Shown: positions 1 to 13,784 of the stretch, in pieces | Layout of the letters: every line of letters starts with the position of its first letter | Numbering within the stretch: position 1 is the first letter of the stretch | DNA from: Candidatus Omnitrophota bacterium | GTDB lineage: Bacteria; Omnitrophota; Gorgyraeia; Zapsychrales; Fredricksoniimonadaceae | Reading direction: 5' to 3' | DNA: 64,000 bases | Assembly: GCA_030650275.1 (NCBI GenBank) | Contig: JAUSEK010000012.1 | Coordinates: forward strand, 472 to 64,471 | Program-made: the position numbers and the translations under genes | The notes under the pieces: model-generated | Told to the model about the DNA's origin: nothing | Seen by the model: only the letters and a program-made list of their open reading frames with translations | Database searches by the model: none

Positions 1-7
1 GCGACAT

Positions 8-994
8 TTACCATTTGACCACATTCGCCGCGCTGACCAGTCCCGCGCCAAAAGCCACCAAAACCACCTTACTGCCTTTTTTGATCCGTTTGGTCTTGAC
101 GGCCTCGTAAAGAGCAACGGCGATGGACGCGGCGGACATATTGCCGTATTTATCAATATTAACGAAAAATTTTTCCTTGGGGATGCCCAATTTCCTGGCC
201 ACCGCTGAAATGATACGGTCATTGGCCTGATGAGGAACAACGCAGTCCACGTCGCTTTTTTTCATTTTGGCTTTTTTAAGCACCTGCTCAACGGCCTCGG
301 CCATGGAATTGACCGCGACCTTGAACAATTCCTGGCCCTGCATGACCACATGCGGCAATTGGGTGTGCGTGGCTTTTTGAGGGTCGAACGGACTGCGCAT
401 CTCCTGGGCCACCACTTCCATCAAATGACCGTATTTTCCGAACGACCGGGTAAAATCGGCGATGATGCCACCGGAACGCGCCTTGCCCAGAACGCAGGCG
501 CCGGCCCCGTCCCCGAAAAGGATACAGGTGGAACGGTCTTTCCAATCAATCAGCCCGCTGATCCGCTCGGCCGCGATGACCAAAACGTTTTTTGCCGCGC
601 CTGTCCGGATGTATTGTTTCGCCGTGGTCAAGGCGTATAAAAACCCCGAGCAGGCCGCGGAAACGTCAAAAGCCGTGGCATTGAATGCCCCCAGGGTTTT
701 TTGCACCTTGCATGCCATGGACGGAAAATTGCTGTCCGGGCTGATCGTGGCCACGATGATGAGGTCTATTTTTTGCGCCGGGATCCCGGCGTCTTTGAGT
801 GCCCGCGCCGCGGCTTTAGCGGCAAGGTCGCTGGTCTTTTCTTTAATGCCGGCGATGCGCCGCTCAACAATGCCCGTGCGTGTGCGGATCCACTCATCGG
901 AGGTCGCGACCATTTTTTCCAGGTCAAAATTGGTGAGTTTTCTCGCGGGCAAATAAACGCCTAAACCAAGGATGCCGACATGGGGCATGGTCAT
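8..994 (-). CDS. fabH: 3-oxoacyl-ACP synthase III
   Basis: Catalytic motifs AACSGF, PHQAN and GNMSAAS; WIRTRTGI N-terminal motif; downstream of plsX. Start may be 988. Confidence 0.96.
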   Translation of the reverse strand: MTMPHVGILGLGVYLPARKLTNFDLEKMVATSDEWIRTRTGIVERRIAGIKEKTSDLAAKAAARALKDAGIPAQKIDLIIVATISPDSNFPSMACKVQKTLGAFNATAFDVSAACSGFLYALTTAKQYIRTGAAKNVLVIAAERISGLIDWKDRSTCILFGDGAGACVLGKARSGGIIADFTRSFGKYGHLMEVVAQEMRSPFDPQKATHTQLPHVVMQGQELFKVAVNSMAEAVEQVLKKAKMKKSDVDCVVPHQANDRIISAVARKLGIPKEKFFVNIDKYGNMSAASIAVALYEAVKTKRIKKGSKVVLVAFGAGLVSAANVVKW

Positions 995-1977
995 TTGACC
1001 GCCTCTTCCTTGATCTTTGCCAAAACATCATGTTCCACTTCGCGGATGGCCGCGCGGATGGCGTTCCTGATGGCTTTAGGCGAAGAACGGCCGTGGCTGA
1101 TGAGTACCAGCCCATCCACCCCCAATAAAGGGGCGCCGCCGTATTCGGAATAATCAATGGATCTTCTGGCTTCGCTCAAACTGGATTTTAAAAGCAACGC
1201 GCCAAGGATGGCGATGGGATTCTTTTTGATCTCCCGCTTCATCAGTATACCGACGCTTTCCATCAAGCCCTCGGAAACCTTCAAAGCCACGTTGCCCACG
1301 TAACCGTCGCAGACAATGCAATGCGCCTTGCCGGTGAATATCTCATTGGCCTCAATATTGCCGATAAAATCGGGTTCCCTTTCTTCCAGTATTTTGTGGG
1401 CTTCTTTTTCCAACTCGGTGCCCTTGCCTTCCTCCGCGCCGATATTCAAAAGCCCCACACTCGGATGAGGGATCTCCAGGACGAGGCGCGCGTAGACCTT
1501 GGCCATTTTGGCATATTGCAATAAATGTTCGGGCTTGGCCGCGGTGTTGGCGCCCAGATCGATCATGAAAGAAAATTTCTTCAGGGTGGGGATGACGCAG
1601 CCGATGCCCGGGCGGTCTACACCAGGGATCATGCCCAGCACAACAGTGGAAGCGGCCACCACGGCACCGGTATTGCCGGCGCTGATAAAAGCGTCATAGC
1701 CGCCTTTTTTCAAAAGCCCGACACCGACGGTAATGGATGAATTTTTCTTCTGGCGGATGGAAGCGATGGCGTGATCATCCATGGCCACGATCTCCGGGGC
1801 ATGGACGATCTCAATAAGGCCTTGGGGGTATTTGTATTTTTTGAGCTCGGCCTCGACGCGTTGGGCAATGCCGACCAAGACCACCGGTACGCGGTAGGCG
1901 TTCACCGCGTCAACGGCCCCAGCAACTACATTTTCAGGGGCATGATCCCCGCCCATGGCATCGACAACGATCTTCAT
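991..1977 (-). CDS. plsX: Phosphate acyltransferase PlsX
   Basis: MKIVVDAMGGDHAP start, SAGNTGA, YGGAPLLGV and HGRS motifs; rpmF-plsX-fabH synteny. Confidence 0.97.
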   Translation of the reverse strand: MKIVVDAMGGDHAPENVVAGAVDAVNAYRVPVVLVGIAQRVEAELKKYKYPQGLIEIVHAPEIVAMDDHAIASIRQKKNSSITVGVGLLKKGGYDAFISAGNTGAVVAASTVVLGMIPGVDRPGIGCVIPTLKKFSFMIDLGANTAAKPEHLLQYAKMAKVYARLVLEIPHPSVGLLNIGAEEGKGTELEKEAHKILEEREPDFIGNIEANEIFTGKAHCIVCDGYVGNVALKVSEGLMESVGILMKREIKKNPIAILGALLLKSSLSEARRSIDYSEYGGAPLLGVDGLVLISHGRSSPKAIRNAIRAAIREVEHDVLAKIKEEAVK

Positions 1978-1984
1978 AGTATTA

Positions 1985-2176
1985 TTATTTTACGGCTTTG
2001 GCAGCCACTTCGACAATGTGCGTGCCTTTATAATACCCGCAGAACGGGCATATGCGATGGGGCAGCCCCGCTTTTTGGCATTGCGGACATTTGCGCAAAG
2101 CCGCGACAGTCACCTTCCAGTGGGTGCGGCGTTTACGCCCGCGGCTTTTTGAATGTTGTCTTTTCGGTAATGGCAT
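1985..2176 (-). CDS. rpmF: 50S ribosomal protein L32
   Basis: MPLPKRQHSKSRGRKRR with CxxC...PHRICxxCGYYKG zinc ribbon. Confidence 0.97.
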   Translation of the reverse strand: MPLPKRQHSKSRGRKRRTHWKVTVAALRKCPQCQKAGLPHRICPFCGYYKGTHIVEVAAKAVK

Positions 2177-2188
2177 GATAACTCTCCC

Positions 2189-2599
2189 TTATTTACATTT
2201 ACATTTTTCGGTATTAAGATTTGCCCCGCATTTCGCGCAAATCCCCTTGCAATCCTCCCTGCACAGGATCCGGGCGGGATTGCTCATGATCATTTCCTGC
2301 CGGATCTCCTCCCCTAGGTCCACATATTCAGCTTCGGGTTCCAAAGGAAAATTAAAATGGTATTCCTTAACCTCCAGGCGTTGAAAATTTTCCAGACAAC
2401 GGGAGCAGGTATATCCGTATTCCGTCTCCACCCGCGCTTCGGCCACAATGACATTGTCCACCTTGGCCAGATGCGCGTGGACCTTCAACGGCGAACGCAG
2501 GTCGATCTCTTCATCGGTCAGGCCGATCCCTTCCTTCGGGACGACCTGGTCGATCTCCTTGCCTTTAAACGTGATGTCCCGGATGGAAACCCTGATCAT
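2189..2599 (-). CDS. yceD: DUF177/YceD family protein
   Basis: CSRCL and LCREDCKGICxxCGxNLN motifs; immediately upstream of rpmF. Confidence 0.9.
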   Translation of the reverse strand: MIRVSIRDITFKGKEIDQVVPKEGIGLTDEEIDLRSPLKVHAHLAKVDNVIVAEARVETEYGYTCSRCLENFQRLEVKEYHFNFPLEPEAEYVDLGEEIRQEMIMSNPARILCREDCKGICAKCGANLNTEKCKCK

Positions 2600-3084
2600 C
2601 GCTTCAGGCGCTCTTTCAACTTGCGTTCGACCGCCGCGGGGACCAGTGAAGAAACGTCCCCGTGGAGGGTCGCGACTTCCTTAAGCAAACTGGAAGAAAG
2701 GAAAGACACGTGCTCGGAAGGCATCAAAAACACCGTCTCAATGTCCTGGGCCAGGCGCCGGTTGGTCAACGCGATCTGGAACTCATAATCAAAATCAGAG
2801 GTCATGCGCAAACCGCGGATGAGGACATTGACCTGCTTGCGACGGGCATAATCAACGACCAGGCCGTCAAATGCTTCCACCTGGACATTGGGGATATCCG
2901 CTGTCACTTCCTTGAGCATGGCCACGCGTTCGGCAATGGTAAAGAACGCTTTTTTGCCGCTATTGTCCGCCGCCGCAACGATGACTTTGTCAAAAATACG
3001 CGCGGCCCGGTGGATAACGTCCAAATGACCGTTGGTCGCGGGGTCAAAACTGCCCGGATATATTGCGGTTTTGCCGTGTGCCAT
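2596..3084 (-). CDS. coaD: Pantetheine-phosphate adenylyltransferase
   Basis: YPGSFDPATNGH, RGLR...DFDYE and SSS motifs. Confidence 0.97.
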   Translation of the reverse strand: MAHGKTAIYPGSFDPATNGHLDVIHRAARIFDKVIVAAADNSGKKAFFTIAERVAMLKEVTADIPNVQVEAFDGLVVDYARRKQVNVLIRGLRMTSDFDYEFQIALTNRRLAQDIETVFLMPSEHVSFLSSSLLKEVATLHGDVSSLVPAAVERKLKERLKR

Positions 3085-3091
3085 GAGTACC

Positions 3092-3646
3092 TTAGTCCGT
3101 AACCTTCTGTAAAATAGTCAGTTGGGAGGCCCCGTACCGGCGTTCGCTGACGACTTTCATATGTTCCGGTACGTCCACGCGCTCGGCCGGATCGTGCTGT
3201 ACGACGAGAAAACTGTGAGCGTGTAATATATCATTTACCCCCGGGCATTTCAAGGTTTTTTTGGCGAGGTTGCGGTCAAACGGGGGGTCAAAAAAGACGA
3301 TATCAAAGGTTTGGTCCTTTTGGGCCAATTTCTTAATTGAAGCAAAGACATCCGCCTCCAGGATCCGGTATTGTTCCCCCAGATCAATGCCTAAGATGCG
3401 GCAGTTTTCGCGTAGGATTTCGGCATTTTTGGGGTCTTTTTCTACCATGGTCACTTCCTTGGCCCCCCGGGATATGGCCTCCAGACCCACCGCCCCGCTT
3501 CCGGAAAAAAGGTCCAAAAATGTCAGCCCTTTAAAGTCATGCCCTAAAATGTCAAACACCGCGGCCCTTAAAACATTCTGGGTCGGCCTGATGCCGGAGG
3601 GCATGTAAAAATTGCGTCCTTTATATTTCCCGGAAAGTATTTTCAT
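3092..3646 (-). CDS. rsmD: 16S rRNA m2G966 methyltransferase
   Basis: LDLFSGSGAVGLEAISRGA and FFDPPF motifs; upstream of coaD. Confidence 0.93.
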   Translation of the reverse strand: MKILSGKYKGRNFYMPSGIRPTQNVLRAAVFDILGHDFKGLTFLDLFSGSGAVGLEAISRGAKEVTMVEKDPKNAEILRENCRILGIDLGEQYRILEADVFASIKKLAQKDQTFDIVFFDPPFDRNLAKKTLKCPGVNDILHAHSFLVVQHDPAERVDVPEHMKVVSERRYGASQLTILQKVTD

Positions 3647-3660
3647 AGATAATTCGGCAC

Positions 3661-5742
3661 TTATCCCGCCAGCACCGCGTCCAAATAATGCGGATACCTT
3701 TTCTTGATGACTGACCTGATCAAACGGTTTGCCGGACTCTTCAACGGCGGATCCTTACGTGTCAGCCCTATCGCTTCCTGGCGGGCTTTTTCCAAAATAT
3801 CCATTTGGGTCAAAGGGCCGGTTGTCCTCAATTCATCGGCCCCATGCTGATGACGGCCGAAATAATGCCCCGGCCCGCGGATCTGCAGGTCCTGTTGGGC
3901 GATCTTAAACCCGTCGGTGGTTTTGATAAAAATATCCAGGCGCGCCTTGGACTCCGGGGTCTTGGAGTCGGTGACCAGAATGCACACGCCGTCCTGCGGC
4001 CCGCGTCCGATCCGTCCGCGCATTTGGTGCAATTGGCTTAAACCAAATCTCTCGGCATGCTCAATGACCATGACATTGGCATTGGCCACGTCAATACCCA
4101 CCTCAAGGATGGTGGTGGCCACGAGGATGTCCAGCTCATGGTTCTTGAACTTGAGCATGGTCTCCTGGGCCTCCTTCCTGTCCATCTGCCCGTGGACCAA
4201 AGCCAGCCGCAGGCCTTTGAACTCAAACTGAATGAAATGCCTGAACATGTCCTTGGCCGCTTTGAGGTCCAGCGCTTCGCTTTCTTCCACCATGGGATAA
4301 ATGATATAGGCCTGCGTGCCTTTGTTCACCTGTTGACGCACCTGTTCATAAACAGCCGGAGCTTTGTCCATTGTGAAACGATAGGTTTGGACCTTTCCGC
4401 GCCCGGGCGGCATTTCATCGATCACAGACACGTCCAGGTCCCCATACAGGGTCAGGCACAAAGTCCTTGGAATAGGCGTCGCGGTCATGACCAAAACATC
4501 GGGGTTGCTCCCTTTGGCTGACAATAAAGCCCGCTGATCAACGCCGAATTTATGCTGTTCATCGATCACGACAAAGGTCAGCTTCTTAAAAGCAACGGTG
4601 TCCTGCAAAAGCGCGTGGGTGCCGATGACAAGATCAATGCCCCCCTCTTTCAAGCCACGCAACACCTGTTCCCTGTCTTTTTTAGACATGGAACTGGTCA
4701 AAAGCGCCGGACGCATGCCCTTAAAAACACCGCGGCCCATGAGCTTCTCAAAATGGACATAATGCTGTCTGGCCAAGATCTCCGTCGGTGCCATGAACGC
4801 GCTTTGACCGCCATTGTGGAACGCCGCGGCACAGCCGAAGAATGCCGCGGCTGTTTTGCCGCAGCCGACATCGCCCTGCAAAAGCCGCAGCATGGGACGG
4901 GGCTTGGCCATGTCTTCGGCCATCTCGGAGGCGACCCTCATCTGGGCCCGGGTGAGCGTAAAAGGGAACGACCGGACGTAATCCTCCATGAACGTCTTTT
5001 CAATGCGGTGAGCAACGCCCTCCTTGGTCGTAATGCTCAAACGCCTCAACAGCACGCAAACCTGAAAAAGAAAGAATTCTTCGAATGCCGCGCGGCGGCC
5101 CGCCTTTTCCTGCTCCCGGGCGCTGTCGGGAAAATGGATCTGCCGTATGCCCTCGGCCATGCACCCAAAACCCTGCCTGACCCGGACATCAGCCGGCACA
5201 ATGTCCCTCATTTGACCGCCGTACTTTTCCAATGCCGCATCAATGGCCTTGCGCAAGAAACGCTGGGTGATCCCCTTGGTCAAAGGATAGACCGGCACGA
5301 TCCGGCCCATGTTCAGCGACCTGTCCTCGGGGGTGATCAGTTCAAAATCCGGCATGATCATCTGCAGGCGTTTCTTAAAGACATCCACCCTGCCGTAAAA
5401 AACCGCCTCCTGCCCCGGCTTGAAATACTTGTCCAGCCACGGCCGGTTGAACCACACGCAGAAAACACGCCCGCTTTTGTCCCCCACCGATATCTCAAAG
5501 GTCTTGTGGCGGGAATAAAAATTGCGTTTGCCCACCGTCAAAACCTTGGCTGAAACGGTCTGTGTTTCGCCGGCTGAAAGCATGGCGATGGGCGTGAATT
5601 GAGAGCGGTCCTCATAACGAAAAGGAAAAAGGTACAGCAAATCCTCGACGCTGTAGATGCCGAGATCAGCCAAAAGTTTGGCCTTGCCCGGCCCAACGCC
5701 TTTGACGTATTGGACGGAAATATCGTTTAAGTGTTCAGGCAT
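3661..5742 (-). CDS. recG: ATP-dependent DNA helicase RecG
   Basis: QGDVGCGKT, DEQH, TATPIPRT and AERFGLSQLHQMRGRIGRG motifs. Confidence 0.97.
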   Translation of the reverse strand: MPEHLNDISVQYVKGVGPGKAKLLADLGIYSVEDLLYLFPFRYEDRSQFTPIAMLSAGETQTVSAKVLTVGKRNFYSRHKTFEISVGDKSGRVFCVWFNRPWLDKYFKPGQEAVFYGRVDVFKKRLQMIMPDFELITPEDRSLNMGRIVPVYPLTKGITQRFLRKAIDAALEKYGGQMRDIVPADVRVRQGFGCMAEGIRQIHFPDSAREQEKAGRRAAFEEFFLFQVCVLLRRLSITTKEGVAHRIEKTFMEDYVRSFPFTLTRAQMRVASEMAEDMAKPRPMLRLLQGDVGCGKTAAAFFGCAAAFHNGGQSAFMAPTEILARQHYVHFEKLMGRGVFKGMRPALLTSSMSKKDREQVLRGLKEGGIDLVIGTHALLQDTVAFKKLTFVVIDEQHKFGVDQRALLSAKGSNPDVLVMTATPIPRTLCLTLYGDLDVSVIDEMPPGRGKVQTYRFTMDKAPAVYEQVRQQVNKGTQAYIIYPMVEESEALDLKAAKDMFRHFIQFEFKGLRLALVHGQMDRKEAQETMLKFKNHELDILVATTILEVGIDVANANVMVIEHAERFGLSQLHQMRGRIGRGPQDGVCILVTDSKTPESKARLDIFIKTTDGFKIAQQDLQIRGPGHYFGRHQHGADELRTTGPLTQMDILEKARQEAIGLTRKDPPLKSPANRLIRSVIKKRYPHYLDAVLAG

Positions 5743-5763
5743 GAAAAGGGGCGGGCTTGTGAA

Positions 5764-6159
5764 CTAAAAACGCATGGACTTAAGACGCCGGGCCAATTGC
5801 TTGCGGTAATTCTTATGGAACACCTCTTCAAAATCATAAGCGTTCTTGAAACTCTCGTAATTGTCATGGGCGTCTTTGGAAAGGATCTTATGCTCCACCA
5901 GATGATACACCATATTGCCGAAATCATCCGTGGTCTTCACCCCCCAGAAATTAAGGATGGTCAGGATCATGGGCCCGAATTTCTTGAGCAAAAGCGCCCT
6001 GATGCCCTCCAGGAGTTGGGCCCCGGTGACGTGCTTGGCTCTTTTGAACCTTTTCTGGCTGTAATGCAGGGCCTCCATGATGAATTCGTAGGCCTCGGGG
6101 TGATAGCGGGGATCCGTCGTACAGATCTTCGAAATGATGCTGTAGAACTCCTCATTCAT
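5764..6159 (-). CDS. Minf_1886-like protein (PVC-associated family)
   Basis: DPRYxxEAYxF, HVTGxQLLEG and WGVKTTDDFGNMVYHLV pattern, recognised from memory as this family. Confidence 0.75.
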   Translation of the reverse strand: MNEEFYSIISKICTTDPRYHPEAYEFIMEALHYSQKRFKRAKHVTGAQLLEGIRALLLKKFGPMILTILNFWGVKTTDDFGNMVYHLVEHKILSKDAHDNYESFKNAYDFEEVFHKNYRKQLARRLKSMRF

Positions 6160-6208
6160 TGAGTTTATTTTAGCATCCCTAAAACGAAACTCAAAAGGAA
6201 TCTTAAGA

Positions 6209-6244
6209 AAATAAAAGGCCCCGCGATCAACGACCGCGGGGCCT
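6209..6244 (-). terminator. Intrinsic terminator of the rrn operon
   Basis: AGGCCCCGCG/CGCGGGGCCT hairpin followed by a U-rich run on the minus strand, right after 5S. Confidence 0.8.
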
Positions 6245-6250
6245 CAAAGA

Positions 6251-6368
6251 AACCGGTAACGTTCTACTCTCCCATGGCCATGTGACCACAGTACCATCGA
6301 CCTCGGTGGGCTTAACTTCCGTATTCGGAATGGGAACGGGTGTAACACCACCAGTAAAGTTACCGGAA
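6251..6368 (-). rRNA. rrf: 5S rRNA
   Basis: Terminal stem CCGGTAAC/GTTACCGG; conserved CCCATTCCGAATACGGAAGTTAAG and GATGGTACT. Ends approximate. Confidence 0.95.
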
Positions 6369-6422
6369 GATCAAATGACAATTGCGGAATAAAGGGAAGC
6401 ACAAAACCGTAAAAATTAAAAA

Positions 6423-9385
<2,963 letters not shown>

Positions 9386-9542
9386 AAAACTGTCCTTGAC
9401 CAGGGCGCGAGAAACCCCCGGCCAAGAAAAAACACTCGGCATTGCACTACCCTTTATTCCACAATTGTCAAAGAGCTACTCTGCCGGAAGCCGTTGCCGC
9501 CGGCAGAAAAATATGCTCACAACCGATCGTCCGAGAAATATC

Positions 9543-9618
9543 TGGTGGAGCCGAGGAGGATCGAACTCCTGACCCCCTGCTTGCAAAGCAGGCGCTCTCC
9601 CAGCTGAGCTACGGCCCC
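9543..9618 (-). tRNA. tRNA-Ala(TGC)
   Basis: Cloverleaf GGGGCCG...CCA with G3:U70 and anticodon TGC, in the 16S-23S spacer. Confidence 0.97.
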
Positions 9619-9633
9619 GAAGGGCTTATCGTA

Positions 9634-9710
9634 TGGTGGGCCCGAGGGGAGTCGAACCACTGACCTCGTCCTTATCAGGGACGCGCTCTAACCAACTGAG
9701 CTACGGGCCC
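9634..9710 (-). tRNA. tRNA-Ile(GAT)
   Basis: Cloverleaf GGGCCCG...CCA with anticodon loop CTGATAA. Confidence 0.97.
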
Positions 9711-9721
9711 ATAAAAGTCAG

Positions 9722-9819
9722 TGGTAGAAATTATGGGGACGTAAGACAAAGGTAGCACCTACCTTTTTATAAGAAGGTAGGTGCTACCTTTGTAGCCTTA
9801 GTCCCCATAATTCTTACCA
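9722..9819. repeat. Long nested inverted repeat in the rrn spacer (AATTATGGGGAC...GTCCCCATAATT family)
   Basis: Outer arms 9729-9740 and 9801-9812; perfect inner 20-bp arms 9746-9765 and 9774-9793. Confidence 0.8.
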
Positions 9820-9920
9820 AATATAAAAAGCCAAGTCATTCTCAAAGAGAGATTCTGTCAATAAACTGCCATCCTCTCAAAGAAGGACTTACCACATTTT
9901 CTCTACCCTATCATAAGAAT

Positions 9921-11467
<1,547 letters not shown>

Positions 11468-11520
11468 TAACTTGGCTTTTTTGTAAACTTTGGCTAATTG
11501 AATTGAATCGGACAATCGAT

Positions 11521-11580
11521 TGTCAAAGAACGTCTGCAAAAAATGTTTTATAAGATTAACAGATAAACGCTTGATGTCAA
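11521..11580 (-). promoter_or_regulatory. rrn promoter and boxA-like site
   Basis: Minus strand TTGACA (11580-11575), 16 nt, TAATCT; boxA-like CGTTCTTTGACA at 11521-11532. Confidence 0.65.
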
Positions 11581-11634
11581 GAAAATTGTTTGACTATTTC
11601 AATAAAGCCGCAAATGGCTTATTTTGCAAGGGTT

Positions 11635-12552
11635 TTAAGATGAAAAAGAACCCAGAAGGCGGGTCAAATTGCCCCCAAAAACCATGCCTCTTTCGCGGGA
11701 GGACAGGAGGGTTTGGCTGATGACCCCCAGGGAATCCGTAAAGTTCTGGTTGGCGGGAAAATCACTGCCCCAAAGGATATGGGCAATATCCGTCACTTCC
11801 AAAGCTCCTGATAAAGAGGCCGGCGACTTGGAGCCGCTGGTGTCAAAATATAAATTCCTGAAATACTCTCCCGGCGCTTTGCCCAAATCCTTGACAAAAT
11901 TGCGCTTGCGCAGCATCGCATACGTGGAATCAAAACGTTCTTTGACGATGGGCAAAACCCCGCCATAGTGGGCAAAAATAAAATTCACGCCGGGATGCCT
12001 TAAAAATACGCCGGACATCATCATTTTGCCGATGCACATGGACACGTCAAAAACATATTCCAAGACCGGGCTTAACAAGGGGTCGCGCACGCGCTGTTCG
12101 CCGATGGGGTCCATGATCTGGGGATGGACGTGGATGGGAAAATGTTTGGCGCGGGCGAACGCGTACACGTCTTCAAACAGAGCATCGTCGAGATAGGTCC
12201 CCTGATAACTGGACGCGAGGGAAATGGCTTTGAGCCCCAGGTCTTCCATGCGCTTTAATTCCCGGGCGATGGCTGATGGGGCGTCCACCGGAATAATGCC
12301 GGCACCAACGAAACGGTCCGAATATTTTTTCACAAGATCGGCAATGGAAGAATTATATACGGAACACAATTTCTCCCATCCGCCCATGTTCAGGTGCGCG
12401 TCGCTGGTGGGATAGACCAGCAAAGCCCGGTCCACATGATACTCGTCCATGAGACGCAGTTGTTTGTCCGCGTCCGACCAATGCTCCTTGAAGAACGCTG
12501 TTTTCTGCGCCACGTCGGGCGGCATATAATGGCTGTGCGCGTCAATGACCAT
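11635..12552 (-). CDS. Amidohydrolase_2 family protein (ACMSD/decarboxylase-like)
   Basis: IDAHSH, HVHP, AHYGG, YFDT and WGSDFP motifs. Confidence 0.88.
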   Translation of the reverse strand: MVIDAHSHYMPPDVAQKTAFFKEHWSDADKQLRLMDEYHVDRALLVYPTSDAHLNMGGWEKLCSVYNSSIADLVKKYSDRFVGAGIIPVDAPSAIARELKRMEDLGLKAISLASSYQGTYLDDALFEDVYAFARAKHFPIHVHPQIMDPIGEQRVRDPLLSPVLEYVFDVSMCIGKMMMSGVFLRHPGVNFIFAHYGGVLPIVKERFDSTYAMLRKRNFVKDLGKAPGEYFRNLYFDTSGSKSPASLSGALEVTDIAHILWGSDFPANQNFTDSLGVISQTLLSSRERGMVFGGNLTRLLGSFSS

Positions 12553-12785
12553 CAGACCATCTTACTGTCTTTGAGGATCTTGTCCGCGGCCTGCAGGGCC
12601 TTCATGAGTTCCGGCAAAAGGTGGATGTTGATGGAAACGCCTTTGGCCGTCGGGACCATTTGGTCAGAGCCCTGGGTCAAGGTCCATATGCGCACATCAA
12701 CCAGGTCATTGCCCTTGAACTCACGGATGCCCACGCGGACTTCCTGGAACTTATTTTTGGGAAACACTGAAACGGTTTTGTCCAT
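12552..12785 (-). CDS. PC4/p15 family ssDNA-binding protein
   Basis: VRVGIREFKGNDLVDVRIW...PTAKGVSI pattern; SD GAAAGGA upstream of the ATG at 12785. Confidence 0.85.
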   Translation of the reverse strand: MDKTVSVFPKNKFQEVRVGIREFKGNDLVDVRIWTLTQGSDQMVPTAKGVSINIHLLPELMKALQAADKILKDSKMV

Positions 12786-12861
12786 GATGTTCCTTTCAAC
12801 CGGCCTGCTCACCGGCTCGCAGGCGCGCTAAGCGGTCCGGCTTATTCGCCGGACCAGCGCC

Positions 12862-12948
12862 CTACTTCGCCTGCGTCTGTTGATAGTCAATGATGGGTTT
12901 GGTCCATGTCGTCAATTGATTGATGACCGCCAACTCCAAAGGACAGGC
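12862..12948 (-). pseudogene. Orphan duplicate of the last 28 codons plus stop of the upstream SDR gene
   Basis: Translates to ACPLELAVINQLTTWTKPIIDYQQTQAK*, identical to 12979-13065 but with synonymous changes. Confidence 0.92.
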
Positions 12949-12978
12949 AATATTCCCTATTCCTTCGACTGCATAGGT

Positions 12979-13764
12979 TTATTTTGCTTGAGTCTGTTGA
13001 TAGTCAATTATTGGCTTAGTCCATGTTGTTAACTGATTAATGACTGCTAATTCAAGGGGACATGCGTTTGCTGGTACTGACAATGCAAAGCTGACCATGT
13101 CTGCCACGGCCACCGGGTCCATCAAACGGTCGCGCTGTTCCTTGGCCACGTCTTTCAAATGATCGGTCAGATCTGACGCGACGACACCGGGCAACAATGA
13201 AGTGACCTTGATATTGTGTTCGCGCATTTCCCAGAACAGGCCTTTGAGGAACGAACGCAAACCCATTTTCAGGGAACTGTAGGCCAAAAATCCGCGCGGG
13301 ATGGGGTCCACCAGCGTCGAACCGGAAACCACGCTGATGATCTGCCCGCTCTTGCGCGCCACCATGTCGGGGATGACCAGGCGGATCAGGCGCACATAGC
13401 CCAAATAATTGACATGGGCGAGCATTTCAAAATCCTCAATGGGCTGTTGGTGGAATGGATGCTGGCTGGAAACGCCGGCCACGTTGACGAGAATATCAAT
13501 TTGTTTGAAATGTGCCTTGGCCTTTTCCACCAAATTCTTAAGGTCTTCCAGTTTGGCCACGTCGGTCGGAATGCCGACGGCCTCGATGTGATATTTGCTT
13601 TTTAATTCCTGCACAGCCGCATCCAAAGGCCCCTGCGTGCGCGCGGCCAGCACCACATTGGCCCCGTGCTCGGCCAAACGCGCGGCAATGGCACGGCCGA
13701 TGCCGCGGCTTGCCCCGGTGATAAGGGCTGTCTTGCCTTTGAGATCAACCAAAACATGTGCCAT
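12979..13764 (-). CDS. SDR oxidoreductase (probable polyketide ketoreductase)
   Basis: TGASRGIG, NVAG and YSSLK catalytic motif; in PKS cluster. Start reassigned using the SD. Confidence 0.88.
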   Translation of the reverse strand: MAHVLVDLKGKTALITGASRGIGRAIAARLAEHGANVVLAARTQGPLDAAVQELKSKYHIEAVGIPTDVAKLEDLKNLVEKAKAHFKQIDILVNVAGVSSQHPFHQQPIEDFEMLAHVNYLGYVRLIRLVIPDMVARKSGQIISVVSGSTLVDPIPRGFLAYSSLKMGLRSFLKGLFWEMREHNIKVTSLLPGVVASDLTDHLKDVAKEQRDRLMDPVAVADMVSFALSVPANACPLELAVINQLTTWTKPIIDYQQTQAK

Positions 13765-13784
13765 ACATTTCCTTTCCTGAATGG

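Noticed and set aside
9634-9710. T-C mismatch in the tRNA-Ile T-stem
   Set aside because: A single mismatch in an otherwise canonical rrn tRNA is within normal variation.
12862-13065. Duplicated SDR tail as a diversity-generating retroelement TR/VR pair
   Set aside because: All differences are synonymous, several involve non-adenine positions, and no reverse transcriptase is in the window.
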